Shown here in pieces: positions 49,417 to 63,575 of a DNA stretch of 64,000 nucleotides. The stretch is taken from positions 14,012,001 through 14,076,000 of the forward strand of contig CM052847.1 of NCBI GenBank assembly GCA_028534125.1. Direction: 5' to 3'. Under the pieces are notes generated by a model that did not search any database, had not been told where the DNA came from, and saw nothing but the letters and a program-made list of their open reading frames with translations. Positions within the stretch are counted from its first letter, which is position 1, and each line of letters begins with the position of its first letter. The DNA is from Lama glama. Its lineage: Eukaryota. Position numbers and translations under genes: made by a program.

Positions 49417-50836
49417 GCCACTGTGGCATAATAAAAAAAGAAACAAGATGCTCAAAGATGAACCTAGAAGCCAACCCAAGAGCCAGCTCAGGTAGAACCT
49501 TGCAGGTCATAAAGGGCTTTTCAGCTTCATAGTAATGGAAAGCCATTAAAGCATTTTAACCCAAGAGAGAGTGACCTGATCAGAATTATATTTTTAAAAG
49601 ACCACTTGGAATACAATGTGAACAATGCCTTAGAAGACAATAGAAGAGTAGAAAAGGGAGATGACTTAAGGAGCTATTGTAATACTTCAGACAAAAGATT
49701 TTAAGTAGCTTAAATTTGGTGAGCATTACGGAGTGAGAAAAGACTGAGCCCCAAGGAATTTCAACACCAAATTAAGATAAATGAGAAGCCACAAGAAAAC
49801 TAAAAAGAAATAGTCAAAACAGCAGCAGGACAACCAAGTCCAGGGAAGGGGAAGAAGAAGGGTAGGGTAAGTTGGTCATGTAAGATGAAAACTGAAAAAT
49901 GCCCGCGTGGACTTGGCAATGAAAGCTATTTCTGACCTGAGCGGAGAAGAGAGAGTGAAGTGATTTGAAAAATCAATCAATGGCGAGGATTTGTTTCTGG
50001 CAATGAGGCACACTAGACAACCTAAAAACCTTCCTAATTAAAATTACCTAAAAACAAACAGCTGAGTCCACAAGAAAGTAAGAAAAAATCTTAGGGATCA
50101 AAACGAGGAGGAAAGCTTTAATAGCGGCCCTAGGGCAGCCAGCCTGTGCCAGGAAACTAGAAGCTTGGCTTTAATGCTCACAAGAAAATGGGCTCTCTAA
50201 TGGAGAGAAAGCTGAAACTGATGACTTTGTTTACATAGTTTGGACCTTCCCAGGGGTATACTTTTAGGGGAAAGCTAAACACCATCACTTCCCCATGCCC
50301 TCAAAGACCCCCCTCCAAAAACACAAAACCCCCAAATCAGAGCATACATAGGGAGAAAATAGGGATGTTTGTCCCATTTGATCTGAGCTCTGGACAGAGG
50401 ATGGGAAATCTGCCCTGAGAATTTATACCCATAGTCTTGCCTTCAAATTAGGTTTTGGGTTTGAATTTACACCATGTGCCTGCTCTAGCAAATCCCAAAC
50501 ATTAAATTAACATAAGGAAGGGGTCAGGCAGTACTGTCACTTGAGCAGAAGAAAACACAAAACCTCTCTGAAGGAATATATCCTCAACCCAGGCAAGAAA
50601 GTAAGTTCGCAATCCAAAATTAGAAAACATGGAAGGAACAATTCCCCTGACCACAAATTAGCAGAAATAAATATCAAGATTTGACCTTCTTCTAAGAACC
50701 TTAGAAAAAAGAAACAGCAAATAAACATTATGAAATAAAGGTTTTAAACGATAAAGTACCTACGAGAAGGAACAAAAAAATGTGAGAAAAGAACACCATT
50801 CTATATAATAAAAAAGAGGAACGTGGGATATTCTGC

Positions 50837-51425
50837 TGTGGTAAGTAGAATTCTAAATATGTCCCCCAAGTTTCCCATCTCCTGGTTATTCAATCACACA
50901 CTAATCTAGGTACTGCTCTGAAGAGACTTGGCAGATTGGGCCCAGTGTAATCAGATGAGCCCTTAAAAACTGACGAGGAAGGACAGAAGAGTGGGTGGAA
51001 AATGCAGAAGAGAAAGCAAGAGAAATGTGGCAGAAGGGAAGTCAGAGAGATTCTAAGCGTGAAAGGGTTCAACTTATCACCTCTGCTGGCTCTAAGATAC
51101 AGGGACATATGTGCAAGGATGGAGAGAATCCTCTAAGAGCAAAGGGAGGCCCTCAGCTGACAGTGAGAAAGGAAATGGTGACCTTGGTCCTACAACTGCA
51201 AGGAAAGGACTGGACTCTGCCAACAGCCTGTATGAGCTTGGAAGTGGGTTGTTCCCAGAGTCTCCCGACAATAACAGGTGGCCAACATCCTGATTTCACC
51301 CTTGTGAGAATCTCAGCAGAGAAATCAGCTAACCCAGACTTCTGACTGTGTGCTAAGAAATTTGTGTGGTTTTAAGCTGCTAATGTTGTAGTAATTTTCC
51401 ATGGCAGCAAAAGAAAACTAATATA
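50837..51425 (+). mobile_element. MaLR solo LTR (MLT1E-like)
   Basis: Starts tgtggtaagtagaattcta and ends ttttaagctgctaa...gcagcaaaagaaaactaatata. Near-perfect 5-bp TSD tctgc/tttgc. Confidence 0.8.
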
Positions 51426-51429
51426 TTTG

Positions 51430-52210
51430 CTGTGTCAGAAAATAAGGAAGCATTAAAAGAATACTGGAGACATATCCAAAGGACATGGAGCCAGCTTAAA
51501 GGGACTCCCTAATGTCTAACTGTGAGCAATGTGTTGCATCACAACAAATGGATTATAACCTATACAAATCTGTAAGTCCATATTGAAATAAAGTGAAAGT
51601 CTGATGAGGAAAGGGATATTTACATCGTCTCACAATTTATTCCACAAAATACCAATTATGAAAGAGAAAAGAAATGTTTCTCATTGGAAAAGACTGGTTA
51701 TACACAATCCGACAAAATGCAATAGAAAAATCACTTCTATGACACCTTGCTCCAAAAAACATAACCTGAATCTAATAATTAAAAAATAAAATCCAAAATA
51801 AATGGCCCAGGGGAGAGAGTACAGCTCAGTGGTAGAGTGCATGCCTAGCATGCATGAAGTCCTGGGCTCAATTCCCAGTATCGTTGTTAAAAATAAATTA
51901 AAAATCTAATTATCCCCCTCCCAAAATTTAAAAATTAAAAAACAAAACAAAATAACTAGCCTATAACCTTCAAAAATTGAGGGAACTGTCAAAACTTTGA
52001 TGGCATTGAAGACTAGATGCTAGTAATATGGTGATGTCAAGCTCCTGTTTTTGACAGTTGTACTCTGATTTTGAAGGAGAATATCCTTGTTTCTAAGAAA
52101 TACAGGGCTGATAGAGCACTATGACTGTAAACTACTCACAAATGGTTGAGGAAGATAAAGCTCTCTGTACTATGTTTGCCATTTTTCTGTGTTTAAGATT
52201 ATTTCAAAAT
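51430..52210 (+). mobile_element. L1MC/MD-like 3' UTR fragment (interrupted by the SINE)
   Basis: aaaggacatggagccagcttaaagggactcc; ctctgtactat.tttgc.atttttctgt..ttaagattatttcaaaataaa. Confidence 0.6.
51810..51947 (+). mobile_element. tRNA-Ala-derived SINE
   Basis: cagctcagtggtagagtgcatgcctagcatgcatgaagtcctgggctcaattccc. TSD caaaataaatggcc (51794-51807) / caaaataactagcc (51948-51961). Confidence 0.85.
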
Positions 52211-55200
52211 AAACATATTTAGATGTGAGAAAAGAACTAAACAGTCTTCAAAACAGGAGAAAAAAAAAAAGCCCAAATCAGAGCAGGTCCATTAAAAACA
52301 CATGTACACACACAAAGAATTTCTAAAATTGAAAAACACGTTCAGTAATTAGTCAGAAATAATTAACAGAGCATAAAGAAACAACAAGTGAACAAAAAAG
52401 ATCTAAAGAAAATACACAGATACAGCTCAGAGAGATTAAGAAGTGGAAATTATAACAGAGACGGTAAGAGACATGAAGAACAGAATGAAAGTCTACCGAA
52501 ACCTACTTAAGAAAAGAAAAAAATAGCAAGAATAATATTTTAAGATATAATGGCTAGAGTTGTGTCCAAAATTGATGCGGGACCTGAATATTCTCAATGA
52601 GGAAACATGAGGTCCAAAGAAAAACAGAGTCCCACCCAGACACACCACCCAAAGCACGAGGGAGCACAGGCAGTCTATGGCTTAGGCTCGCAAGTTTTTT
52701 CTGGGATATCTAATAAATTGCGGACTGGGAAAGGGGGGAAAGAGTTAAAAAAAAAATATACAACTGTGGCAAAAAGTTTTCTAGAGACATGTACTAATAA
52801 CATTGCCAAGCAATTTAAAAATCACTCAAGGCTAGTATCATGAATCTACAATGATAGTAATCTGTACATAGTGTGACTTTTTTCTCTAGAAACATTTAGG
52901 TCAGATGAAGTATAAAAATATAGGTGGTCAGGTTAATGAAGAAGAGTACTTCATTAAGAAATAAGACACACCTAAATTAGTATCAATCATAAGCGTAGAT
53001 GAGAAACATCATGAAGTTCATTACACAGTGATTTTTTTTTCTGTTTCTTTAGCTTAAGGAAATTAAAAGGAAAGTTCACTAGGAAAAAAATTTGCCAATT
53101 AAAATGAAGAACATAATCTTATTAGATGCGGCAGCCGTTAGAACTATTTGCCCTTCTTCTTTAAAGATTTTCTGTGATTTAAATAAAAATATGAAAGTAT
53201 TGACCACATTCAATTTTAGAAAAGACAAGGAAAAAACTACTCTCAAACCTGTAATTTTAACATAACCACTGTGATAATTTTGTCTAACATTTTATTTTGT
53301 AATTATTCATTTACATTTCTGACTCTTCCAACTAGAATCTGAGAATCCCGAAGACAAGAACTGTCTAAGAAACTGACAGTTCTTTACCATGTATGTATTA
53401 TTTATGCGTAATATATGTACAATTTGTTGTCTGGGAAAATATATCCTGAATATACTTTTAAGGTGCTAGGTGAACTTCCTAAATATCACTTTATAATCAA
53501 ACCCAGAAGATGCAGGAAAAAATGTGAGTATAATTTTTACACTCCACTATGTCTTTTTTTTTTGGCTATGATAAATAGCTCTGTAAGTCTAGCCTTTTCA
53601 TACGTCGTACACCATTTTCTTAGGACAATAGTCACTTCTATTTAGTTCTTGTAGATCCCCCCAGGAAGTGCTTTTTAATAACAGTCCATGTTTTAGAACT
53701 CTTTCTCTTTGATAATTTCTAAATTTCCCTATAATGTGTCCAGATGGGGATTTTTTCCTTCAGCACTCTATAGGCTGTTTCAATGTAAGATCTCTTTTTT
53801 TTTTTTTAATTTCTTCAGATTATTTCCTCCTCCCCACTGTTCTCTCTCTCCCTTTCTGGCACTCCCTGGCATTCTACTTCTATCCTCCATATTATTTAGT
53901 TTCAGTTTTAGTTTTGTTTTTTTTTCAGTTTTAGTTTTTTTTAAAATATATATAGGTCCTCTCCTTCTTTCTGGGGATTTCCTTAATCTGACCTATCCTG
54001 TGATTACTTTATTCCTTGCCTATATGCATTTTGCTATTTATCCCATATACTGTATTCTTAACTTCAATCATATAGCCTTACATACCTAAAATTCCTACTT
54101 GTTTCTTTTTAATACTTCCTTTGTTTCAAATTATTATTTTCCCTCATGTATTTTATATGTTTGTTACACTGATCTGTTTTATCTCCACAGTTCTTTTAGC
54201 ACTGATCTGGGTAGAAGATCAGATTTTTTATTATTGCCAAAATATATTAAAGATTTTTGGTCTCCTAAATCTTGATACACCAAGAAACAACTTTCAACAT
54301 AAGCTTCCTAATTCCCATTTTGAGTGAAAATATTAGTTCCTCCTAAGATTATAAGCATGACAGAGGAAAATCTGACAGGCATAACTCCAAATACTTAGAA
54401 TATACTATTCTGTCAGGAATAGGTACATATATAAATCCAGAGATCCTGAAATAAAATGACTCTCTGAGTGTGAAATAAGTAATATCAGCCACTTATAGAA
54501 ACAGCTCACCATAAGATATGGTCTATAACTCCAGGTTTAATTAAGGTGATCTGGACAGTTTCTGTAAACGCATGACTAGACATAATGTTAAAGGAAACTG
54601 CAACTCAATGAACTGATTGGACAGAGAAAGAATGTTACCGAGATGGTGATAATCTTTAAACATGATCTAACTGTCCTTATTCTGATGTCAGATTCATTAA
54701 GTAAATAACTTTTTCATTAAGTAAGTAACAACTGTGGTTTGTCTCCCCAAGATTACTTTAAGGAAGAACAGGACGAGCAACACTTCACCTTCTTGACAGT
54801 TTATGTTTTCATCATTAATGACTAAGTGACATTCTTTCCTACCTTCATGTCTGAGACACTGGCTTGGGTCAGCCCACCAGACCAACTCTAGGTATACTGA
54901 CAAAACCAAAAGGAGGCTAATATTTTAATCTGTGAAAAATTTAAGGATCTGAACCAACTCATAACCATGATGAAGAAAGATGAAGTTTGAAAATAATAAT
55001 TAGATATAAAAGTCATGGCTAGGAAGCTTCAAAGTAATTAATTAGGAAAAATGTTTAGAAGGTACTACTTGGTGACTGATTCAGTTAGGAGAAGGCAGAG
55101 AATAGAATGAGACATACCGACACCCTCTTGACAAGGAGAGGAGATAAATTCTCAGCACACTGAGAATTACAAAACAAACTACTGTAGCTCAGAAACATAA

Positions 55201-57048
55201 TCTTCACATATATAGTATCATTATTTATTACTCTTATATAATCATTAAAACGTTATTCTGAAATACACTAAAAGGATAAATGTTTTTGTAGGAAACACAT
55301 TCAAGTTACTACACGTACCTGCAAGTAACAATCATTTCTTTTGAGGGGGAAAAGTATTTTTAAAATTTCTACTAATTTAAAAGTTCATTAATCTGAAATT
55401 ATGAAGACTATGGGCTTTTTACATTTACTATTTCTACTTGTTCACATGATGTCTTCCCATCTGTCCACATTCTTTGGTCCATCAAATATTCTTCTCTCAC
55501 ATCTTGATCTTTCTAGTTTTCCTTTCTACCTATTGGGACTTTCCCATCTTCAAACAAACCTGATCCAACTACTTTCTTTTTCTTCTCTATCAACCTTTCT
55601 CAGCCTTGACCAATCTTGGCATTTCAGTTATTGACTCCTATATAGATTACTTCCAATTCTCCTTCATGCCCAAACTCTAATCTCATCTACCCAACTGCAT
55701 GCTAAACAACTCTGCCTAAAAACCTTGTTGGTAAATGAATACCTATCCCCAGCTATCATCATTCAGTCTATTGACAATTACTTATCAGCTCATTATTTCC
55801 CATCAATCTGACTTCTATTATCCTCATTCAGGCTTCCAACACATTTGGCTAGATTATATTAAAAAATCTCATTGGTTTCTCTGTTCCAGCATTAGCTCCT
55901 TTTAATCTTATAAGCTACAGCCAGATGAATATTCCTAAACAATCAGTTTTATCTTTTTTCCCAGCTCCAATACCAACTGCTTTCAACTCCTTTGCCTAAT
56001 ATCTAGAGCTATTATTTTTCATATAACGCATATCAAATGGCAGTATCACCATCACTTTAAACAGCCTGTGCATTCTCATTTGTGTGTCACTGTTTGTGCT
56101 GTATTCTATTCCTGGCATTGGGAGTTTACCCTGATCCTTATCACCAAATAGCTAAATTCTACACGTTCCTTAAACATCAGGTAAAATGTTACATCCTCTG
56201 CACATCTTATTCCCTCAGTTGAAAGTAGTTTTTCCTGAACTTGACTCTTAGTATACTGTATGTAGATCATTAAAGAAGTTATAACTACATATCTTCAAAT
56301 TGTTACTTACATATCCATTTTTCTTCCTTTTACGGTTTTATGTTCCCTAAAGGGCAGGATCCATATGCAGTATATACCTATTTCCCCAAAGCAACTAACC
56401 AGGATCTTAGACACAGAAGGAACTTAATGTATACTTATCAAATAAAAAATAGCCAAGATATTAGCTTACTCTTGAGAAGGAACATTTCATATTGCAGGTA
56501 ATCACAGCCTGCAAGATTATTTTGATTAATATGTGAAACTGAGGTTTTCAGGAGAGAGAGAGGGTGGAGTGGATGCATACATTAACTAGTTGAGAGTAGT
56601 GGATTCAGAATACACATGCTCACTCTCAACTGACCCATAAGTATTAGAGAGATACATGACAGAATTAGAGAATTATTATAAATCATAGACTGCAATCTCA
56701 GATTCTTCTTTCTCGCAGTGAGAGAGAAGGGTCGCAGATGTAGAAAATGGTCTTTAAAATAAATCAAAGACCTAGGCGTCTAAACCCTGACAGATAAACA
56801 GTTTAAGGAATCCTAAAACCCATCCTGCCATGACTTAAGCAATATAATGAATCCAAGCAAGTACAACAATAAGAACATAATAAAATACTCCATCCCACCA
56901 ATCATCCAAAATCATGGAAAATGCCTTTCAGTCATCATTTCTGTGACTACAGATTTCTAACACTGCTTTACAAGGGAAGGCTTCCAAGCTACATTTGGAC
57001 TAATTTAACACTATTACCTTTAGAACCATGCTTAAGTTTGGTACATAC

Positions 57049-57096
57049 CTATGAATTTAAGTTCCTGCTTTGTTAATGTAGAATTGTCATCTCTGT
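57049..57096 (-). CDS. MLLT10: MLLT10 48-nt alternative cassette exon ((D)RDDNSTLTKQELKFI(G))
   Basis: Minus strand tcttttctttAG|ac aga gat gac aat tct aca tta aca aag cag gaa ctt aaa ttc ata g|GTatgt. Symmetric phase 1. Resembles the DRGDSSTLTKQELKFI insert recalled from the human 1027-aa AF10 isoform. Confidence 0.88.
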
Positions 57097-58799
57097 CTAA
57101 AGAAAAGACACACTTTAATTTTGAATTTTTAACAACCAGTTCCTAAAAACTACCATGATAAACAAGTTGAGGAACGATGAGGAACACTGTGAGGAGGAAA
57201 ATCAGCAGGGTTCAAATCCAAAAAGAGAAATTCCTTAAGTCATTATAAATTTATTTATTTTTTAACTAAAATAAAAAGATAGCACCCTAACTGGAGATAT
57301 TATTAATGGCATTACAATTTAATTAATTTTAAAGTAATTCTTATAAATTCATTTCCATTTATACTAATTTCTTCATTCAGTAAGAACTTTTCAGGTTCTG
57401 TTTCAATGAGATGGTTATAAATTCACTTTGCTTTATAAGTAGTTAACATGCTTACTGAAAATTACTTTTTCTCCCCAGTGGCTGATTCACCATCCAAATG
57501 TTAATATCCTTCTGTGTTTATCACTTCAGAGTCTTTGAAGCTTATCTTTCAGGAACTTATAGAGATCCCAGAGACAAAGTAGCCTGGACGCTTTAAAATG
57601 GAAAAATTCTTACTGTCTTATCTACAGTATAGGTCTTGTACTACACTTAGCAAGGCTATACAGTATTAGTCAAATTCTTTCCTACACAAGAATAAATACT
57701 GAAACAGTCGTACTTGTTGTATCTGAGATGTAACAATTTATTATATAAAAATAAAGAACATACAACTAATTGAATAAGAATGAAAAACAAGTGTTCTGTG
57801 GTTAAAAACAAATTAGATCTAGAATGTTCCAGGATCAACTGTTCTCAATTTCCACACTGTTCACAGTGACAAATCGTCCCATCAGTAATATCTCATCACA
57901 CACAGTGAATTTCAAATGATTATACAGATAGACTGCAGAACTATTCTGCCTGAGAATTACTCATCTCTGTTCTTATACCCATACCTCAATTCTTCCCTGA
58001 AATGAAAAGGGGACACACATGAAGAATAAAGATGTAGTTTCCTACTAACTATTATGAAAAAATCTGAGTAGGACCCCATTCTTAAGGAAGAATGTTCATG
58101 CCCCTAAAATCAATTAGTGTTCATATTCTCCTCAATCCTGTAGCAGGTATCTATGAATAATTGGTTGACATTACTTGGCCTTCTCTATCAAATGAGATTT
58201 GTTTAATGAGTACGGTCATGACAAATTATAAGCACCATAATTAAAGGAAATTTAAAAGCATAGTAAATGGGTCACAGAAATCAATTAGCAATATACTGCG
58301 GTGAAAACACATCTAAGCTCTTTAGCTACTTTAATCTACTATTTCAAAATTATATTAAAAGTGAGAGTGGCCAAGACAAACAGCTGAAGCAACTCCATTA
58401 CTGCAGCAAGAAGCGAGTTACTTCTCTGACAGAAACAAGACTGCCTAATGCAAAGTTTAATTTTCAAAGAAAATGAACACATTACCAAGAATACATAAAA
58501 GCTATTCAAGGACTGTGTAGTGACTGACAACATTTATTCATTCAACATCCTTGGAGAACTGAGGTTCATTAGGTTGTGGGGAATGAATCTGGAACTCCAG
58601 AAAAATTCCACACTAGAGGCATAGATTTGGCAATCTAATGAATATAGAGGACAGCTGAAACTGTATGTATGTATATTTTCCAATGGAATATGCACAGGAT
58701 AAGAAGTAAAAAAGTAAGAGGAGCAGATACTGGGAATAAAATAATTAGGGAGAAATCATAAAAGATACTGTCATACTCTCAGAAAGACACTGCTGAAAA

Positions 58800-60260
58800 G
58801 GTCTACTTTCAAAAAAAAGATCTGAACTCAATCATCGAACCTTCTACCTTAAGAAATTAGAAAAAAGAGCAAACTAAACACAAAGCAAGCAGAAGGAAGG
58901 GAGAAATAAACAGCAGAAATAGAACAAATGAACAGGAAAACTACAAGAAAATGAATGAAATCGTAAGTTGCTTTAAAAGAACAAAATTGCCAAATTTTGG
59001 ACTGACAAAGGAAAAAGGAGAGAAGACTCAAATGACTACTAAGAATAAAAATAAAAAGGAGATATTACCACCCACCTCACGCCCTCAAAAAAAAGATAAT
59101 AAAGAGAATATTACGAATAATTGTATGCCAAAAAATTTTTAAATGCAGATAAAATGAGCAAATTCTTAAAAACATTCAAACTTCAAAAACTGATGCAAGA
59201 AGATATAGATTTTTCTCCAAAAAAAATACAATGACCAATAAGAACATGAAAAGATGCTAATTTACAAGTCATAAAGGATAAGGGAAATGCAACTCAAAAC
59301 CACAATGAGATACCACTTCATACGCATTTGGATAACTATGAAAAAAAAAAAACCAACAAAACAGAATACAACAAGTCTTGGTGAAGCGGAAGTTGGAACC
59401 TCATATTCTGCTAATGGGAATGTAAAATAGTGCAGCTGTTGTGGAAAAGAGTTTTGCAGTTCCTCAAAAAGTTACACACAGAGTTACCATAATGACCCAG
59501 CACATCTGCTCTTAGGTCACACACTCTGAACAAATAGAAACACATTTTCACATTAAAAACTTGCATGGGAATGTTCACAGCAGATTCATTCACACTAGTC
59601 AAGAAGTGGAAACAACTCAAATGTCCATCAACTGAAGATTGGACAAACCAAATGTGATATATCTGCACAATGTGTATTATCCAGTCACTAAAAAAAAAAA
59701 CAGAATGAAGTGCTGATACATGCTACAATATAGATAAAACTTATGCTTAAATATGGAAAACATTATGCTAAGTAAGAGGAACCAGAAACAAATCTCTCTA
59801 TGTGGAATGTCAAAAATACACAAATCCATAGAGACAGAAAGTAGATCACTGACTGTCAAAGTATGGAGGAAAGGGGAACATACTGGGATGTATGTAATTT
59901 ATTGTGGGATTGATAAAAATGTTCTGGCATTACATAGTGGTTACAGTTGACCCTTGAACAACACAGGTTTGAACTGCATGGGTCCAGTTATATACGAATT
60001 GTTTTCAGCAGTAAATACTGCAGTACTACATGATCCTCATTTGGCTGAATCCATGGATGCGAAACCAACGATACGAAGGAAACTTGTTTATGAAGGGTCA
60101 ACTATAAACTACTCGTGAATTTTTCAAATGTGCAGGGGGTCAAGGTTCCTAAACTCCAAGTAATTCAAGGGCCAACTGTGTATCAAAAACCTCTGAATTA
60201 TATACTCTTAAGTAGTTAAAACTGTAATTTTAATTTGTATAAGTTTTATTTCATTAAAAA
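58800..60260 (+). mobile_element. Old L1M (MB/MC-like) ORF2 and 3' UTR fragments
   Basis: gggaaatgcaactcaaaaccacaatgagataccact; tgctaatgggaatgtaaaatagtgcag; tggaaacaactcaaatgtccatcaactg. Confidence 0.8.
59944..60178 (+). mobile_element. Tigger2-family MITE (TcMar) inserted in an L1 3' UTR
   Basis: Terminal inverted repeats cagttgacccttgaa ... ttcaagggccaactg, preceded by TA. Confidence 0.85.
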
Positions 60261-60914
60261 ATTGGAGGAAAAAGATAAGATACTGGAGAAGTAGAACGAG
60301 AACCATTTGCTCTGAAAAAGGAGAAGGAAGCATGAAAATGAAATAAAGGAGTATAATCTTATGCATACATGCAAAGCAATTAAAGCAAAGGAATGATAAA
60401 CACAAAATTCAGGACAGCAGTTAACCACTAGGAATGCAACAGTGAAGAGCATGCACTAAATTCAACAGTGCTGGTAACATTCTATTTCTTAAAGTGGTGG
60501 TAATTCCTGAGTTTTCATTTTGTAAGTGTGTGCTACATAATTTATACATACTGCTTTTAATGTAGCAAATATTTCATAATAAAAGTTGAAAAGGGATCTA
60601 TAAAAATATGGCAAAATATGAACAGGGGGATATCTGTAATAAATCCATGATGTCTGTACCTCTCTATAAATTTGAAGCATTTTTATAATTGAAAAGTAAA
60701 ATAAAAACTGTAACTACCATACAATCTGGTAACTGCACTCTGGGTAAAATAAAGGGAAGGGAGGGAAGGGACGCAGAGAGAGAAGAAGGGAGGGAAGAAG
60801 GATTATTTGGGTGGGAAAAAAAAAAAGATACCTGAAAGTAAATGTGTGATAATTAGACTGGTCCACCCAGACAATTGAGGATAAGCTCTCCATTTCTAGA
60901 TATTTAATTTAGAT

Positions 60915-61162
60915 ACATTTGTGTAGTGGATTTTTTTTCTCAATAAATATAGTACCTGTACTTTTATCTTACAGAGTTTTAAGCGCAGGGGAAAGCTTGT
61001 GTGCCCTTCAAGGCCACCGTGCACAGACTCATGTAAATCCGAGCCTGAGTCTCGACTCTGACTGAGATGCTGCTGCACCAGAGGCAGCAGGACCTGATCT
61101 TCAGCTGCTCGGCGGCCCACACCCCTAGCTCCAAGTTGTTTCAACTGTTCAAGGGTCAACTG
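60915..61162 (+). mobile_element. Tigger2-family fragment with right TIR only
   Basis: Ends ttcaagggtcaactg; starts with the ggatttttttt-caataaata segment of Tigger2 5' ends. Explains ORF 60896-61165. Confidence 0.65.
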
Positions 61163-62003
61163 CATCTGATAAGGAGTTAATAAATATCCAAAATATATAA
61201 AGAACTCCTACAATTTAAGGGGTGGGGGAGCAATCCGATTAAAAAATGGGCAGAGGATCTGAAAATTTTTCCAAAGAATATAGATGACCACCACAGATGC
61301 ATGAAAAGATGCTCAACATCATTAATCACCAGGGAAACGCAGATCAAAGTCACAAGAAGATAACGACGCACATCTGTAAGAATAGCTATTACCAAAAAAT
61401 ATAAAAAATAAAAAATATTGGTCAGAATGTGGAGAAAAGAGAACACTTGTTGGTGGGAATATAAATTGGTGCGTCCATGATGGTTTGGAGTTTCCTTTAA
61501 AAAAAAAACCCTACCATATAGATCGGCAATTCCACCTCTGGGTATTTAACCAAAGAAAACAAAAATGCTAATTCAAAAAGATACATGTACCACCATATTC
61601 ACTGTGGCATTATTCATAACAACCAACCTAAATGTCCATCAATGGATGAACAGATAAAGAAACCGTGGTATGTATACACGTGCGCACACACATATGGTGG
61701 GGAGGGGTATTCAACCATAAAAAAGAAAAGAATCTTGCCTTTTGAAACAACATGGATGGACCTTGAGGTCATTATGCTAAGTTAAGTAAGTCAGACAGAA
61801 AAAGATAAATACCTAAATACCATATGATCTCATTTACATGTGAAATCTTTAAAATAAAAACAAACTTATGGACCTCATGGATGTAGAGAGCAGACTGGTG
61901 GTTGCCTAAGGCGGGCTGGGGGACAGGGGATGGCTGGGATGGGTGATGGGGTCAAAAGTACAAACTTCTTTATAAAATAAATCATTAAAAAAAAAAAGAA
62001 AAA
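61163..62003 (+). mobile_element. L1MA9-like ORF2 end and 3' UTR fragment
   Basis: atctgataaggagttaata; aaaaaatgggcagaggatctga; catggatggaccttgaggtcattatgctaagt; A-tail ~61987-62003. Confidence 0.8.
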
Positions 62004-63542
62004 ATATGCAAGTCTATTACTTATTCCATTTCTCTATATTACGTGACTAGGGATACTCAAGTTACCTGACTGCACTGTTATAGAGTCCTCTCTCAAACAC
62101 AATCTTGTATAACTCCAAATATTACAGAAAACCTGTGTTGATTATATTAATCCCATGCCATTAATTTCATTCAACCATGCAGAGAAACATGACAACTGTT
62201 CCATTAAATTAATACAACCCAGTACTTTTGTTAGTTAATAACAGCAAAGGATTTATGTGGCTCCCCAATCTTTTTTTTTTTTACTCCAAGTACACTTTTC
62301 AAACTGTGATCATGTCTCCAAATCCTAAAACTCCAAAATTAAACAGCAAGTCTAAATTTACCTATGCAAACTGAAAACGATGTTAAATCTCTTCAGTTTT
62401 TATACTTTCTTACCAAAGAACGGTAACAAGTTCGGTTTATTTTTAAGAATGCTAATTACTTTTCTTTTAGATACCTAATATTCAAGAGTTCATTGTTATC
62501 TGAAGTATTCATCCTAAGACTCTGCAGTTCCAGGTTATACATGGAAGGAAAAGTTATTAAAAAAAAGTACCCATTAATAAAATGCTCATTATGGGTTCCC
62601 ATCCTGACCATCCCGCCACCATCAGATCAACACAGTGTCCAGGTCTGCTCATCACACCATTGTTTCCTGCTGGCTATAGATTTGTAAACATCCGACAATA
62701 TAATCCAAACACAATGTAAATCGATTGCAAATTAAACTACATTAGCAAAATATGCATGATTTCATAAACTTAATGAGAATGTGTTAGGATAACTGCTTGG
62801 AATCATACAAACGATCTTGAACAAATAAGAGCTGTCAGTTAATAACTAAAAAAGAAAATCAACAAAGATGACACTACATTCAGAAGAGGTTTTTTTGGAC
62901 ACCAGAGACCTAAGAAAAGTTTTTCGAACTGAAGAAACTCTCATTTTTGCAAAAATAATCTTCATTATATCTTAAAAGTTAAAAAATGATAGCATTTGCC
63001 TTAAATCCTGATTTCAGAACCCAATCCTAAAGTAGCAGAAGGTGCAACTTCCCTATAAAAATCTGGTCCCAAATTATGCATAACATAAAAGGCTATCTTC
63101 TGTTTATTCACCAAATGGATAGAGAGGTAGAAAAAAAGTACTCCATACGTTATTTTTTTTTATTCCAAAAATAAGATTCAAGTTCCCTGTTGTGGAAGAA
63201 AACAGCAAATTCCTGACATAAGTACCAATTACTAACTGCACTGGGAAGAGAGAGCTCAAAAGAACCTGAAAAAAACATTTGCAAAAAAAGAGAAAAGACT
63301 TTAACAAAGTTAAAACAACACTATCACCATTCTGTCTTACAAAGAGACAATAAAAGCCCAGCTGATGAACTATATTGACCTACTACCCTCCTGTAGGCAC
63401 ATTTTCACTAAAGTGCTGAACAACTGACCCAGAACTGGATTTCATCTCATCAATAGAACATGCAAGCTTTCAAATGGGATCTTCTGTAAAAGGAAACCTT
63501 TGTAATAAATGAACCACCAGAGAAGAGTCTAATAAAACTTAC

Positions 63543-63575
63543 CATTGTGTATTGCATTCAGCAACTCTGAGAAAG
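63543..63575 (-). CDS. MLLT10: MLLT10 33-nt micro-exon ((T)FSELLNAIHN(G))
   Basis: Minus strand ...cttacttaaaAG|ct ttc tca gag ttg ctg aat gca ata cac aat g|GTaagt. Peptide matches AF10 (TTTFSELLNAIHN). Missed by the ORF track. Confidence 0.93.

Noticed and set aside
60896-61165. 89-aa helical-looking ORF (MQLTLEQLKQLG...)
   Set aside because: It begins in a Tigger2 terminal inverted repeat; transposon relic.
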